Assembly: GCA_028023455.1 (NCBI GenBank)
Contig: JAQFVV010000003.1
Coordinates: 8,494,001-8,558,000 of the forward strand
Reading direction: 5' to 3'
DNA from: Epiperipatus broadwayi
Lineage: Eukaryota > Animalia > Onychophora
Length of the DNA stretch: 64,000 nucleotides
Made by a program: the position numbers and the translations under genes. Shown here piece by piece: positions 15,291 through 27,204 of this stretch (the stretch's first letter is position 1; each line of letters opens with the position of its first letter). Below the pieces are notes generated by a model. The model ran no database searches, was not told where the DNA came from, and worked only from the letters and a program-made list of their open reading frames with translations.

Positions 15291-16278
15291 TACAAACTAT
15301 ATAAACTATAGTAGAGTATAGGTTGCTTATTTTCCTTTTAGCAATAAGATTATATACTAATATTAAAGTATGACTTAAATTTCTATTTGGGTGATATAAG
15401 AATATTCAATAAACTAGCAAAATAGCATATATTATTTGTGTTATTGCCTCATCAATAGAAATAGAAATAGTTAACAAGTTTTGGCTATAAAATTTTCTTT
15501 CTCATTTTCATTCTAAGTCTAACATAAATGGATGCTTAAATTAATACAAATCATTCTGCAATTGGAAAAATCCTTACATTCTGGATTGCTAATTCCAAAA
15601 ACCAACTCTCTGTCTAAAGAAAATAATTAAAATATTATTGAAACATCAGCAAGCAAATGTTCAGTCTTAAAAAAAATAATGTAGTCAATTATCAGAGAAA
15701 AAAATATTAATAAATAAAAAATCGCCAATACATTAATAAATCCAAAATTTAGACAAAATAGTTTATCAAAGTAAAACTGAAAATTATCCATTACAATAAA
15801 TGGCTTTATTTTTTTTTAATATGATACTGTTTAAGATCTAATGAGAATAGCTGTGTTTAACTTTATTAGCTGAATAAATTATGATTTGTGAAACTTGATT
15901 ACTTTATGGAGAACAGGATATGAGAACACTAATTCAAAGGCAAATAAGAATAACAATCAGTCCAATAATAATCTCAATATTTATTAGCAAAGCCATAACT
16001 ATTTCTCACCAATTGTTTAAACTGTTGATACATTTTCAATTTTCAAAGAGCTGTTAAATATGATTTGATTAATCATCAAAATTTAATTTCGGTTAAACCT
16101 AGAATTGAAAATTGGTTCTTCAGAAAGAACTTGATTTACATATCTTTTCTCAGGAATTTAACCTTTTGATATTAAGTGTCATAATAACATTTATTATTTA
16201 TATAAATGTGATTTATCCTTTACTTTGAACACTTTCTAGCAAAACCTTTTATTGTATCTATAAGCATACATAGTGTTA

Positions 16279-16455
16279 ATCCAATAAACATCACATGACC
16301 ACCACCTCTTATGCTTGTGTATAACTGTTGTTAAAACAGGCAAAACTCACTATATATATACATTGCCACACACAGCAAGCTAGAGTGATCAATGGATACC
16401 AGAAGGCTTGTGCATAAAATCCTCATCTAGTGCCTACTCATCCAATATCCCCAGA
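16279..16455 (-). mobile_element. Family H2 element, 5'-truncated copy with 14-bp TSD, inserted into the H3 ribozyme motif
   Basis: catacatagtgtta is duplicated at 16265-16278 and 16456-16469. The insert is homologous to 19164-19447 and 55906-56334. Confidence 0.85.
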
Positions 16456-16508
16456 CATACATAGTGTTATGTTTCGACTGTCTTGCAGTCTTCTTCAGAG
16501 CTATGATA
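16456..16508 (-). ncRNA. Type-I hammerhead-like motif (family H3), stem I interrupted by the H2 insertion
   Basis: Minus strand: tatcatagct-CTGAAGA-A-GACTG caaga CAGTC-GAAA-CATA acac TATG-T-A. The stem-I partner tgcttatagata lies beyond the inserted H2 copy. The base pair next to the core is U-U. Confidence 0.55.
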
Positions 16509-18014
16509 TAATGAACGACATAAAATAAAATACATAACTATAAATAATACCACAAAAAATGTAAACAATAAAACTAATAAAATAATAAAAAAAAAAAAAC
16601 ATAAAATATATAACAAAACATAATAAAACTAAAATAAATATAATCAAACCCAAATAAAATAATCCAGTTAATATAAAATAAAATATATAATATAAATATA
16701 AAATACATGTAAATTATACATGTGTATTCCTGACTGCATATATATACATATTTATGAACAACTATTAATTTAAATATATGACTCATTTTTATTATTTTTT
16801 TAATAATCTCCTAATTACTTCTATTCCTTATAAACTTAAACTTACTTTTATTAGCTCCACCTTAATAAAATACTTAATAATTTTATTTCCATATAATTCT
16901 CAGTTCAACCTTAATTCATTTATTAATATTCTTTTTAATTCTTAAATCATATAATATCTCACACAAAACCATATCACTATGATGGTCAAATATCCAATAT
17001 GATTTATTTATTTGATTGATTATTTATTTATTTCATATAATATCTATTATTTTCTTATTCATTCTTCTGTTATTAATATTTGTTTTTATAATATATAAAA
17101 ACTATAAATATTGTAATCTTTTAACTTAACCAATTTTACTATATTTTTTTAAACCAAAATTTAATACTGGGATTAGGATGGCATTGGTATAAATACAGTT
17201 CTTCAAAAAGATATAGAGGAAAATGTATAAAGAGAAAATTATTTGTAAATGAATTATGAATTGTAAAAATTAAAAGGAAAAAAAAATACTTACATGGGAG
17301 TATAAACATGAATATATTTATAGATTCCATATTAATTTAAAAAAAAAAAACTTAGCATAATATTTACATATAAAACAGTATAATATAAATTTATAAGAGA
17401 GAGTTATATAATAATTATAATAAAAGTTAAAGTATATATATATAAATAAAGTATAGTGATTATAAATATAATTAAATAATATGTAATAAAGGGAGCTAAG
17501 GTATAAGATAATTTTAAAAAAAATTTTTTTTTTACTTTTTAAAAAATTAAAGTAAAATAGGTAAGTTAAAAGATTACAATATTTATAGTTTTTAGATATT
17601 ATATATATAAAAAATAGTAATAAAAATGAATAAGAAAATAATAGATATTATATGATTTAAATATTAAAAAGAATATTAATAAATGAATTAAGGTTGAGCT
17701 GAGAATTATATGAAAATAAAATTATTAAGTATTTTATTAAGGTGGAGCTAATAAAACTAAAGTTTAATAGAAGTAATTAGGAGATTATTAAAAAAAGAAT
17801 AAAAATAAATAATATGTTTAAATTATTATATTTATATTGTATATTTTATTTTATATTAACCATTATTTTATTTGGGTTTGATTACATTTATTTCAATTTT
17901 ATTATGTTTTGTTATATATTTTATGTTTTTTTTTTATTATTTTATTAATTTGTTTATATTTTTTATAGTATTATTAATATAATTATGTATTTTATTTTAT
18001 GTTGTTCATTATAT

Positions 18015-18070
18015 TATAACTCTGAAGAAAACTGCAGAACAATCAAAACATAAGATTATGTATGCATACA
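18015..18070 (+). ncRNA. Degenerate hammerhead-like motif (H3 right arm)
   Basis: CTGAAGA-A-aactg cagaa caatc-aaaa-cata agat tatg-ta; GAAA is mutated to AAAA and stem II is damaged. Confidence 0.4.
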
Positions 18071-18495
18071 AATATAATAAAAGGTTTTTGCTAAGAAGTG
18101 TCAAAGTAATAGATAAATTGCATTTATATAAGATATTACAGCAAAATAAAGTAGTGGTAAATATGGTAATATTCACTACATTTATCATTCATTAAACAAG
18201 GCTAAAGGTTCTTCACTCTCTTTGGCTTATGACCACCATCAGCATTATATTTGTCTTTTGAAATAATTTCAAATACAAGCTCTTGATGATAATAACTCAG
18301 AAGTTATTGAAAAATTAATAAGTAGCTTTGAATATACTATCTATAATCACAACAAAATCATCTATCTATTGATCTTTTGTTAAATAGATGATCACTTATT
18401 TGTTCTTACACATGGGGAAAGGGGGAACATTTGACATACATATATAATTTTTATAAATACAATTAGAAAAATTTCAAGTATAAAAATAAGATTAC

Positions 18496-18649
18496 CTTTG
18501 CACTTTTTAACCTGTGTTTAAAAATTCTTTCAACATCATTACAAACTCTGGCTAGTCCACCATAAGTATTCCATACATTAATATTCCTATTAGATAATAA
18601 ACCTTCTGTTGTTGATTTTAATGCTTGTAATAAAGCATTATGCTCTTGT
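18496..18649 (-). CDS. RUBCN: Rubicon-like gene, coding exon 2 (RUN domain N-terminal part)
   Basis: ttgtttgttttag| acceptor and |gtaatc donor; 154 nt translating to (R)QEHNALLQALKSTTEGLLSNRNINVWNTYGGLARVCNDVERIFKHRLKSAK. This aligns by eye to human Rubicon [47 protein letters not shown] (recalled sequence). Confidence 0.93.
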
Positions 18650-19163
18650 CTAAAACAAACAAAGACAAAAATAAAAACATTTTCACAAACTTGTATGAAG
18701 AAGAATTAATATATTATATATACAGAACATCAGGTGTTACTACAATATGTGATCTACTTGATTTATTGATCTACTTAGTACTCATCACTGAAAAAAAATC
18801 CTAAAAGTTAAAAAACAAAATATCCACATTTATACTTGAATTTTCATTACAAAAATATTAAACAAAATCAAGAAATAATATATTTTGCAATAAAAATAAT
18901 TTATTTACCAAAATAATAACAATTATTTAACAATATATATATATTAGAATATCAGCCCTTAAACTATCAACAATCTCAACCTGTAGTCAAGGTAACTTCC
19001 TTAACAATAAAGGTGTTTATCATCTACAATTATAAACCTATTAAAGTCTTGAATAATTGATTTTATTGTTTTAGAAAATATATATATATATCGATGACAA
19101 ATCAAACATATGCAGAAATCAAATCCATAATAAATGTCAGCATTTAATATTAATATTATCTAT

Positions 19164-19447
19164 TAAAACAGACAAAACTCACTATACGTATTGCCGCACA
19201 GAGCAAGCTAGAGTAACCAATGGATGCCAGAAGGCTCGTGCATAAAATCCCCATCTAGTGCCTACTCATCCAATATCCCCAGACTAGTTTCTGGCTTGTG
19301 TCCTTCATCAGTGAGGAACCTTGGATCTGAAAGCACTACACCTAGATGTTAGGATTACTCTAGCTTGCTATGTGTGGCAGCACGTATAGTGAGTTTTGTC
19401 TGTTTTAACAACAGCTGTAAGCAAGCATAAGAAATGGTGATCATGTG
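19164..19447. mobile_element. Family H2 fold-back element with 12-bp TSD
   Basis: aatattatctat is duplicated at 19152-19163 and 19448-19459. Inverted arms lie at about 19164-19215 and 19352-19410, and the ribozyme motif is in the left (minus) part. Confidence 0.85.
19276..19317 (-). ncRNA. Minimal type-I hammerhead ribozyme motif (family H2), GUC triplet
   Basis: Minus strand: TCCTCA-CTGATGA-AGG acacaag CCA-GAAA-CTAG-TC^TGGGGA. Stem I is 6 bp with one G-U, stem III is the palindrome ACTAGT, and stem II is short. Predicted cut between 19282 and 19281. Confidence 0.7.
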
Positions 19448-19972
19448 AATATTATCTATGTTCTTTATTACTTTTTAAAGTAATAAAGAACATAGATGAT
19501 ACTAATATAATATGGATTTGGCAATGCAATAAGAAAAGAAGTGTGCACTTATTTCTGAATTTACTTATGATCATACATATTCTTAAATTTATGGTGATTA
19601 TATATAAAATATTGCATCCTTTCTTTTGTTTTATTTAATAGACATTTTTTATTATATTTATAAATATTTTCATTTTATTTAATTAATATAAACTTATAAT
19701 TCTATTCAAAAATAAAAGTGGACATCTCTTATGGATTATCATTTCTGCATACATTTTATTTGACACTAATGTATTTTTTTGTTAAATAATTAATAGTGGT
19801 TTAATAAATAAATTACTTTTATTGCAAGATATATTATTTTCTTGCTGTTTTTCTGAAGGTTTGTGATGATGGTGTTCTAGCTGTATTTTTATATTGGACT
19901 ATTTCCATCATCTAATATGTGTGTTGAATGTCTTTAGAAAAGTTTAATTTTATTAAATATTCCAAATGCATT

Positions 19973-20082
19973 CAACTGTTAGTAATATCACAGCAAACAG
20001 GTTAGTATATGCACCAACTGTTAGTAATATCACAGTAAACAAATGTTAGTAATATCACAGCAAACAGGTTAGTATATGCACA
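19973..20082. repeat. Short tandem repeat of tgttagtaatatcacagcaaacaggttagtatatgcac-like units
   Basis: Three copies of tgttagtaatatcacag are directly visible. Confidence 0.85.
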
Positions 20083-20496
20083 ACGTTTCTTGCTTTATAT
20101 TTAATATACTTTTGTTAATCATAAATTCAGTAATAAAAGCAGACATTTTACTTTTTATCAGATTTTCTTTCATCCTTGATAAGTACTATGTAGCTTTATC
20201 AAGCAAAATCACTAACTATATTAACACCAAACACCCTTTATTGTTAAAAAAAAAAAAAAAGACAAAAAAATCTAGTGTTCAATTACTAAATTTTTGATAC
20301 ATAAATATTAATATGTGAAAGTAGAAAATTTACTTCTAAATTTATGTAATTTAATATATTGTACAGGCTTACACACACCTGCACATATAATGTAATATAT
20401 AAGAGATTTGAACTCAGACTTTCACATGACCCTCAACTCTCCAAGCCATCTCATATTGCTGACCCACCTGATCACACACATGTTGAAAAGATAATC

Positions 20497-20553
20497 AATC
20501 ACCAATATACTTATTTCATGCTAAACTAGCAATCATCAGTTGGTCCAGATTAC
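20497..20553 (-). ncRNA. Type-I hammerhead motif (H1, left arm)
   Basis: Minus strand: gtaatc-tgg-ACCAA-CTGATGA-tTGCTA gtt TAGCAt-GAAA-taagta-TA^TTGGT-gatt. The stem III palindrome has one substitution. Confidence 0.6.
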
Positions 20554-20805
20554 TATCTCCACACATATATGCAATCAGTGCTGGGTAGGCTTCAAACTAC
20601 TCCAATCCACAGCTCTTCAGCCAGCCATTTCATTGAAAATCTGATGATAGAACATTCAAACCCATATTAGTGCCAAGTTGTCATCCTACCTATGTTAATC
20701 ATTAGTCATTCTGAACCCTCATGTATCAGAGCCTGTCCATTAAAGTATGAAGATTAGCTATCTTAATATAAAGCTGAGCACTGACTATATATATGTGTGG
20801 AGATA

Positions 20806-20860
20806 GTAATCTGGACCAACTGATGATTGCTGGTTTAGCATGAAATACATATATTGGTTA
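20806..20860 (+). ncRNA. Type-I hammerhead motif (H1, right arm)
   Basis: ACCAA-CTGATGA-tTGCT ggttt AGCAt-GAAA-tacata-TA^TTGGT. Stem III is tacata versus tacgta in the 42.6 kb copy, consistent with CpG decay. Confidence 0.6.
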
Positions 20861-20974
20861 TCTTTTCAACATGTGTGTGATCAGGTGGGTCAGCAATATG
20901 AGATGGCTTGGAGAGTTGAGGGTTATGTGAAAGTCTGAGTTCGAATCCCTTCCAAATGTATGAGAAAATATTTT

Positions 20975-23725
20975 AATCATTGCTCCCAGAAGGCAATTAG
21001 AATCTTTAGCCAAGGCATCAGTTGGTAGTGAAGGTGGAGGTGCTAAAAATCCTCTGATTGTAGATTTCGATTGCCATTTGATGTTTAATTTAGGTACTTA
21101 CAACTGCAGATCATTTCCAAGATAAGAAAGATTGCATAAATTTGAAAAAAAAAAGTCTAATAGTAAATGAACATTATTGGATTTTATGAAATTAGAAGAA
21201 AAAGTGAAAAAATGATATAAAAAGTGGTCATGTGCTTTACTATAAAGACCCAAAAATTAGAAGCACAAATAGAATTGGATTAATTAGAAATAACAAGTGG
21301 AAAAACAAAATTGTGCAAATTAATGATGAACCAGACAGAGTGGTAAGAATGATTATTCAAATTAATGAAAGATATCGAATGCAGATAATTTAAATATATG
21401 CCATCAAAAATTTTCATTCTGACAATTGAAGTAGAAGATTTTTATATGAATGTACAAAAAGCTTTTGATCATTCAGAACAATATTTAAAAATTGTCATGG
21501 GAGACTTTAATGCTGGAATTAGTAAACGATTGAAATATTAAAGTGCTGTGGGTAAATTTGGTTATAATAATAGAAAAGAGAGATATAAACAGAAATGGAC
21601 GTGGAAGCATACAAATAAAAGTATAGCACAATTGTATTATATTTTGACTAACAGAAAATAAATATTTCAACATTGTAATGTTCTTAATAAATTCAACATA
21701 TGAAGTGATCATTAATTATTAAGATGTAAAATATGTGCTAATGTAAAACTAGAGGAACAAAAATTATTATTTACAGTTGATGTTCCTAACTTGCAAATCA
21801 TTTTAAAATATTAACATGTTTTGAAGATGGTTCAGATTTGAATGAAATTAATAAAAAATAACTGTTTCAATATTAAGAACTGCAACAAAGATAGTTGGTA
21901 AAAGATAGCAGTTTACTAATAAATTTTCTACTGAAACAATACAATATATGAAAAGAAGGAATATGAAAATACATAAAAATGATCTATTAAGAATCAAATA
22001 TCTAGCATTTCGTGAAATAGTATAAAAAACAGTTAATAATGATACAAGAAAATATAATTGTGAATTATTAAGGAAACCTACTGAAGAGAATAAAAGTCTC
22101 AAAAGTGTAAAACAACATTTTGGAATTGTGAGAAAACATTTTTGTAATAAAGAGAAAAGATGAAACTATTATGAAAAAGGAGAGATAACATTATGAAATG
22201 TGTGGGAGAGTTCAATGAAGAATTATATAGCAATAAAGAACAAAAAAAACAACAACACCAAAATATTCCCTACAATTGATCATTTTCTGAGTTGACCAGT
22301 TTTTTAAATGAAATGAGACATGCAATTATATCTATGAAAAAGAGAAGAGCTCCCAGCAATGACGGAATTATAATCAATATCTTTAAAGAATCAGGTGAGG
22401 AAATAAAAAAATCATTGGCAAAGTTATATGCCAAATGTTTAAATGATAAAAGATATACCAGATGATTGGGAAAAGGTGATAAAAAAAGATATTAGAAATT
22501 ACAGACTAATCAGTCTTTTATCAGTTCTACACAAAATTTTTACCAAGACAATTACAACTCTACAGCAAATTTTGAATTTCAATCATCCAAAACCTAACAA
22601 GCAGGATTTAAAAGTGGTTTTAGCATAGTGGCTTACAACCAAGTATTGAGAAAGTTATAGAAAGAACCAATGAATATGAGTTGTCATTATGTTTAGGATT
22701 TATGAAATATGAAAAGGCATTTGATTCTCTAAGCATTTTTACAGTGAATAAAGCATTGGAAAGTCAAGATATGGCAACAGTCATGATTAAACTATATTGT
22801 TATATTAAGAAGATTAACATTAAAAACTGTATATAACAGGGTGATTCCATATATCAAAAAAAATTTATAGCAATTTTAAAAAAAAATATTTTGTGGATTA
22901 AAATGGGAAGCTAAGAGGTTAAAATAAATGGGAATTATTTAAATCATCTAGATTTTGCAGATGATATAATTGTTTTTACAAATAAATGTTTCAGAGATTC
23001 AGGAAATATTGCAAGAGTTACCAAATGAAAGTAAAAAAAGTTAGGAATAAAGATAAATGCTAAAAAGACTACAATAATGTTTAATGAATTTTTTCAATAG
23101 AAGAAAATTAAGATTCATAATGATGATTTAGAAGAAATTAACAACTACAAATACCTTTATCAAATTATTAATATAGATGGAAGAATAATGGGTGAAATTA
23201 ATCATAGAATAAAATGTGGATTAATTGCTTTTGGTAGAAATAACTTAATATTAAAAGGAAATATGTCTTCTATGTGTTTGAGAAGAAAAGTTTTTAATAA
23301 ATGTGTTTTACCAGTTCTTACTTATAAATATGAGACTTGGACATTTAACAGAAGAACAATATAAAGACTTAAAACTATTCAACAAAGTATGTAGAGATAT
23401 ATGTTAGGAATAGCAAGACAGGACTGAAAATAAAATACAAAGATGAGAGAACAAACAGGTATTACTGGCATCATTAAAATAATTAAGACCAAACTGGAGC
23501 TGGATTGGACCCCTTGCTAGAAAAGATGATAATAGATGGACAGTTAAAATCTTAAAGATAATATAAAAAACTTAAAAAGAGATCATATGTGAAATGGATG
23601 GACAAAATAAGGAAGTTTGCTAGTAAGATGTGGAGAAGATAGCTCGAAATCAGAGAAACTGGATTAAACTGGGAGGGACTTTTATTCTGCAGTGAATGGA
23701 TAATGGTTGAAAGTGATGATAGTCA
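20975..23725 (+). mobile_element. RTE-clade LINE, near full length, heavily frameshifted
   Basis: Endonuclease remnants (LGTYNCRS, IVMGDFNAGI, YILTNRK, SDH) and RT remnants (IRNYRLISLLSVLHKIFTKTI, YEKAFDSL, QGDSI, LNHLDFADDI, LTYKYETW). The 3' end ctgcagtgaatggataatggttgaaagtgatgat resembles RTE tails. Confidence 0.9.
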
Positions 23726-25059
23726 TGATATATATATTCAGACAGATATACAAAGGCAGCTATAAAAATGTTGGTTCTCTGTCAATCAAGTTATCCAATA
23801 TATTAAGCAATAAATGATATTTAGACAATTTTAACTTGAGACTAAAATAAAAGAGAATTACTCTAAAAACAAGCCTTGTAAATAAAATTTCTTTTCCAAT
23901 ATTGTTTTCCTGAGCTTAAGTGGAAGTATTGTTACAATGAAGTGGACATTTTTCTGTTACTTTATTTTTCTATTTTAATGTTTGGAGGTGAGGATTGTCT
24001 AAAAATAATACTATGACTTCAATATCTATAGGCAGTTCTTGACTGATGTGAATAATCCATATTTCTTTTTGGATAAAATGAATTTTCAGATGCATGTTTA
24101 TTATTAATCATGGTGCAGAATATAAAAATATTTTTTAATAAACCAAAAAAAAAGTGTTATATCAAAGAGATACTCTCAGAGTGAGAATCTTGAAAAACAA
24201 GAGCTACAATTAATCAATGCATATTTTTCTATTTTGCACTTTATATATGCCAGAAATTGTTTATATAAATCTGGAATTACATAAATCCTGTTTTCATAAG
24301 CTGCAGACTGCTTGCATTTGCAAATATTAATAAAAAAAATTGTATTGTAAAGGAATATTTGTTGAAAAACATAGCATATATATATGTTGCTATAATTAAA
24401 TGTAGAAATATTAACAATCAAAAATATGTTAATAGATGACACATAAAGAAAGTATATCTTTAAATTTAATTAAAGCACATTATTGAGAAAATATATATCT
24501 CAAACATTATATAAGAATATAATTGTCTATTAGATAAGACAATTATAGTATTATGTAGAGATTCGAGAGCTTTGAAAAGTAAAGCCAATAATTTGAATTA
24601 AGTGAATTAAATCAGTAACTAAGACACATATTCATTTTATAATTTGGCAGTTAGTGCTTGAATCTTAATCTAGTAAGAAAATACATATGCTATATAATTT
24701 GTATATTGCATAATCCATATGTAATATAAAAAATAAATCTATCCAATTACAAAATGAAATACATCCTGAATTAAATTCCATCAACTCTACATGTAATAAT
24801 TACAAAATAAATAAATTGTATTGTGTTTTAGAAATAGTATGAAGATGACATATCGATTGGCACACTAATAAAATTATGTATATATATAAACACTAAAAAA
24901 TATATCACTATAAATATATATATTAAATGGAAATAAAGTTAAATCATTTAAGCCTTTATAGAAAAAAAATCATCAAAAAAAAAAAAAAATCAAAATCGGT
25001 CATCTTATTTTCAATATCTATACACAATTATAAATAGACTTAAATATTTGCTACCATTT

Positions 25060-25500
25060 GACTTCTTTTAATTCAATGATCGTGTAATAAGAGTACCTTG
25101 TTCAGTTCCATTTCAGAGTAGTCCAATTTTAGCTTATTTTAAAAGCTCAATAGATTAACAAAAAGACTTATGGATCAGCTTTAAGTCCATTACACAGAAT
25201 AAATAACAAATATTTATCAGGTTATCAGCATTGTCCTTATTTAGCAACCATATAGTTGTAACAGTTTCACAATCAAAATACAGATTTGTTAAGCAGGCTA
25301 TTATTATAGATTTATACATGCCATTGTCTTTTTCTACAGTGATAATCGAAAAACATAATTAAAATTATTTTTTCCCAATGGAGATTTGATTTGCTCTATC
25401 TTATAACTATGGGGTTCTAGCCTTGCTTCTTTGGGATTTGGTTTATTGCTCAAATAAGATTTGTAATTTCTTTTGGTCACTGGTAATAGTCTTTGATGAC
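25060..25500 (-). mobile_element. Decayed LINE RT fragment
   Basis: Weak minus-strand remnants resembling QP.EQAGFR.GYST.DHI and GxxQG..L...LF motifs. Confidence 0.3.
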
Positions 25501-26299
25501 TGATAATAAAAAAATAAGCACTTAAATGCCTTTTTTTTCAGACTTTTATATACTATTGTTATACAAGCAGATGGAATAGCTGACTAAATTGACAAACTAT
25601 TTAATAAAACATAAATAATAATCCACAGTTTCTACTATATATACAATTCCCTCAATCTGCATCACAAGTTTACTACTAATCCCAAGTCTTTGCTTCTGTT
25701 TGATAATTTATTAAATTGCTTATTATTTTAATTTACTGAATTTCCAAAATTTTATTTATTATCCTCTTGTTGAATGTTCCAAAGTCAGTTATTTTTTAAT
25801 ACAAATATAAATTGTTTTTCACAATACAAATCTTCATATGTTTAAATAATTTTATGCTGATTTTTTGATTTACATTCTCAAAATAAATTGACCTTTATAT
25901 AAAATTTTACCATAATTATTGGACAATAAACTGTCTTTCATATGAATGTCTCCTCCCCAATCATTAGCTATTATATAGCAAAGTTACTTCCCTATTTTAG
26001 CAAAACTAAAAGTATACATAAATATTATCTCTTTAATGAAAATATAATATATTCTACTGTTTTCTAATTTTGTTAACAATTTTTAACAATAATTATGTTT
26101 CTTTGTGCGTAAACTCTACTAACTGAAATATGATAACTATAAGGCAATTTCTATTTCAATCTTTTAAATCCACAACTTTTTTCATTATTGATTTTTGTTG
26201 TTAAGTTGATCATACGTGTTCTGAGCGACTGTCTCAGGGATTTACTGATTTATTGCTATTTACTTACGTAATGTGTAGTTTCAGTATATAATTTATAAA

Positions 26300-26480
26300 A
26301 TTATAAACAATAAATTCACAGTCTTTTAGATTCAGCAACTGAAAATAAAATTATGCTAGGAGACTTCAAATCTTACACCTCCAATATTTACTTGCATACT
26401 TGAGTTCAAACTTAGAACTACTATATCCAATACATTTCACAAATATTTGATATTTATATACAATAATAGAATATCAGGAA
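26300..26480 (+). mobile_element. LINE endonuclease fragment
   Basis: ENKIMLGDFK, resembling the I.LGDFN motif. Confidence 0.35.
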
Positions 26481-27204
26481 GTGAAGGCAAATAGTTAACA
26501 GCCTTCAAACTTATAATAATATATATAGCCATATATTGGTATAACAATATTATGACATGGAAAAAAGATAATATTTACTGTTGGTGAACAGAACTCATTT
26601 TCTGACTTCATGTTTGATTTCCAATTTTATGTAACAATTGTAATTAGTTTGGAAATAAAGTTAAATAAAATATTTTTTCAATTGAAATATAAAGGCAAAT
26701 TACTGAACTAAATTGTAAAATAATACATAAATAATTCCATACTAATTACAAACAAAATTTTATATGGCTATTTTGGCAAACTTGAATAAAACTAATTTGA
26801 ATTTATTATAGGAGTGATGTTAATTATCCATGAGGATGCTACAATATAAATCCCCAGATTGATTGATTTTACATCAATATTTAACGCCGTTAAAACATAT
26901 TTTTCTGCTTTCATTTTTCTCAAATACATTAATATGTCATAGAGCACGAAATATGGGTTCAAAACGATCTCATACATATCATATATATATACATAAAGGA
27001 TATATAAGAGAAAGAAAAGAAATTTAACTGAAACAAAAATAGGTTAAAAATAATATTAATTTAATAGTTAAATAAGCAAATAAATGGGTATTATAAAATA
27101 CAAGTTACAAGATCTATGTTTAAAATAATATATAAAAATTTAGTCAATCTAGGTTTCTGAGCATACTATTTCATTTGTTTTTAGAATAAAATTTATTTTA
27201 AATA

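Larger units (their letters stand above)
16198..18131. mobile_element. Large fold-back element (family H3): inverted arms about 16198-17153 and 17538-18131, with a hammerhead-like motif near each outer end
   Basis: Arms are clear reverse complements (e.g. aatcaaacccaaataaaataat / attattttatttgggtttgatt). They are strongly strand-asymmetric: T-rich on the motif-sense strand. Confidence 0.85.
18865..19850. repeat. Older AT-rich inverted repeat (arms about 18865-18945 / 19770-19850 and 19085-19150 / 19715-19760) hosting the H2 insertion
   Basis: aagaaataatatattttgcaataaaaataatttattt vs aaataaattactttttattgcaagatatattattttctt; atgcagaaat..atccataa vs ttatggat..atttctgcat. Confidence 0.6.
20361..20950. 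mobile_element. Family H1 fold-back element with a hammerhead motif in each arm (arms about 20404-20582 / 20776-20949)
   Basis: Arms are reverse complements, homologous to 42062-42748. No TSD is visible; an RTE LINE starts immediately to the right. Confidence 0.85.

Noticed and set aside
16500-18000. Mitochondrial insertion (control region or 12S-like actgggattag at about 17165)
   Set aside because: The match is only about 11 nt; no mitochondrial gene or tRNA is recognisable; the region is explained as a fold-back element.
19973-20082. CRISPR-like array
   Set aside because: Eukaryotic context and contiguous tandem units without unique spacers.
20925-20955. Functional tRNA gene (gttcgaatccc...cca)
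   Set aside because: No cloverleaf; it lies within the H1 repeat arm.
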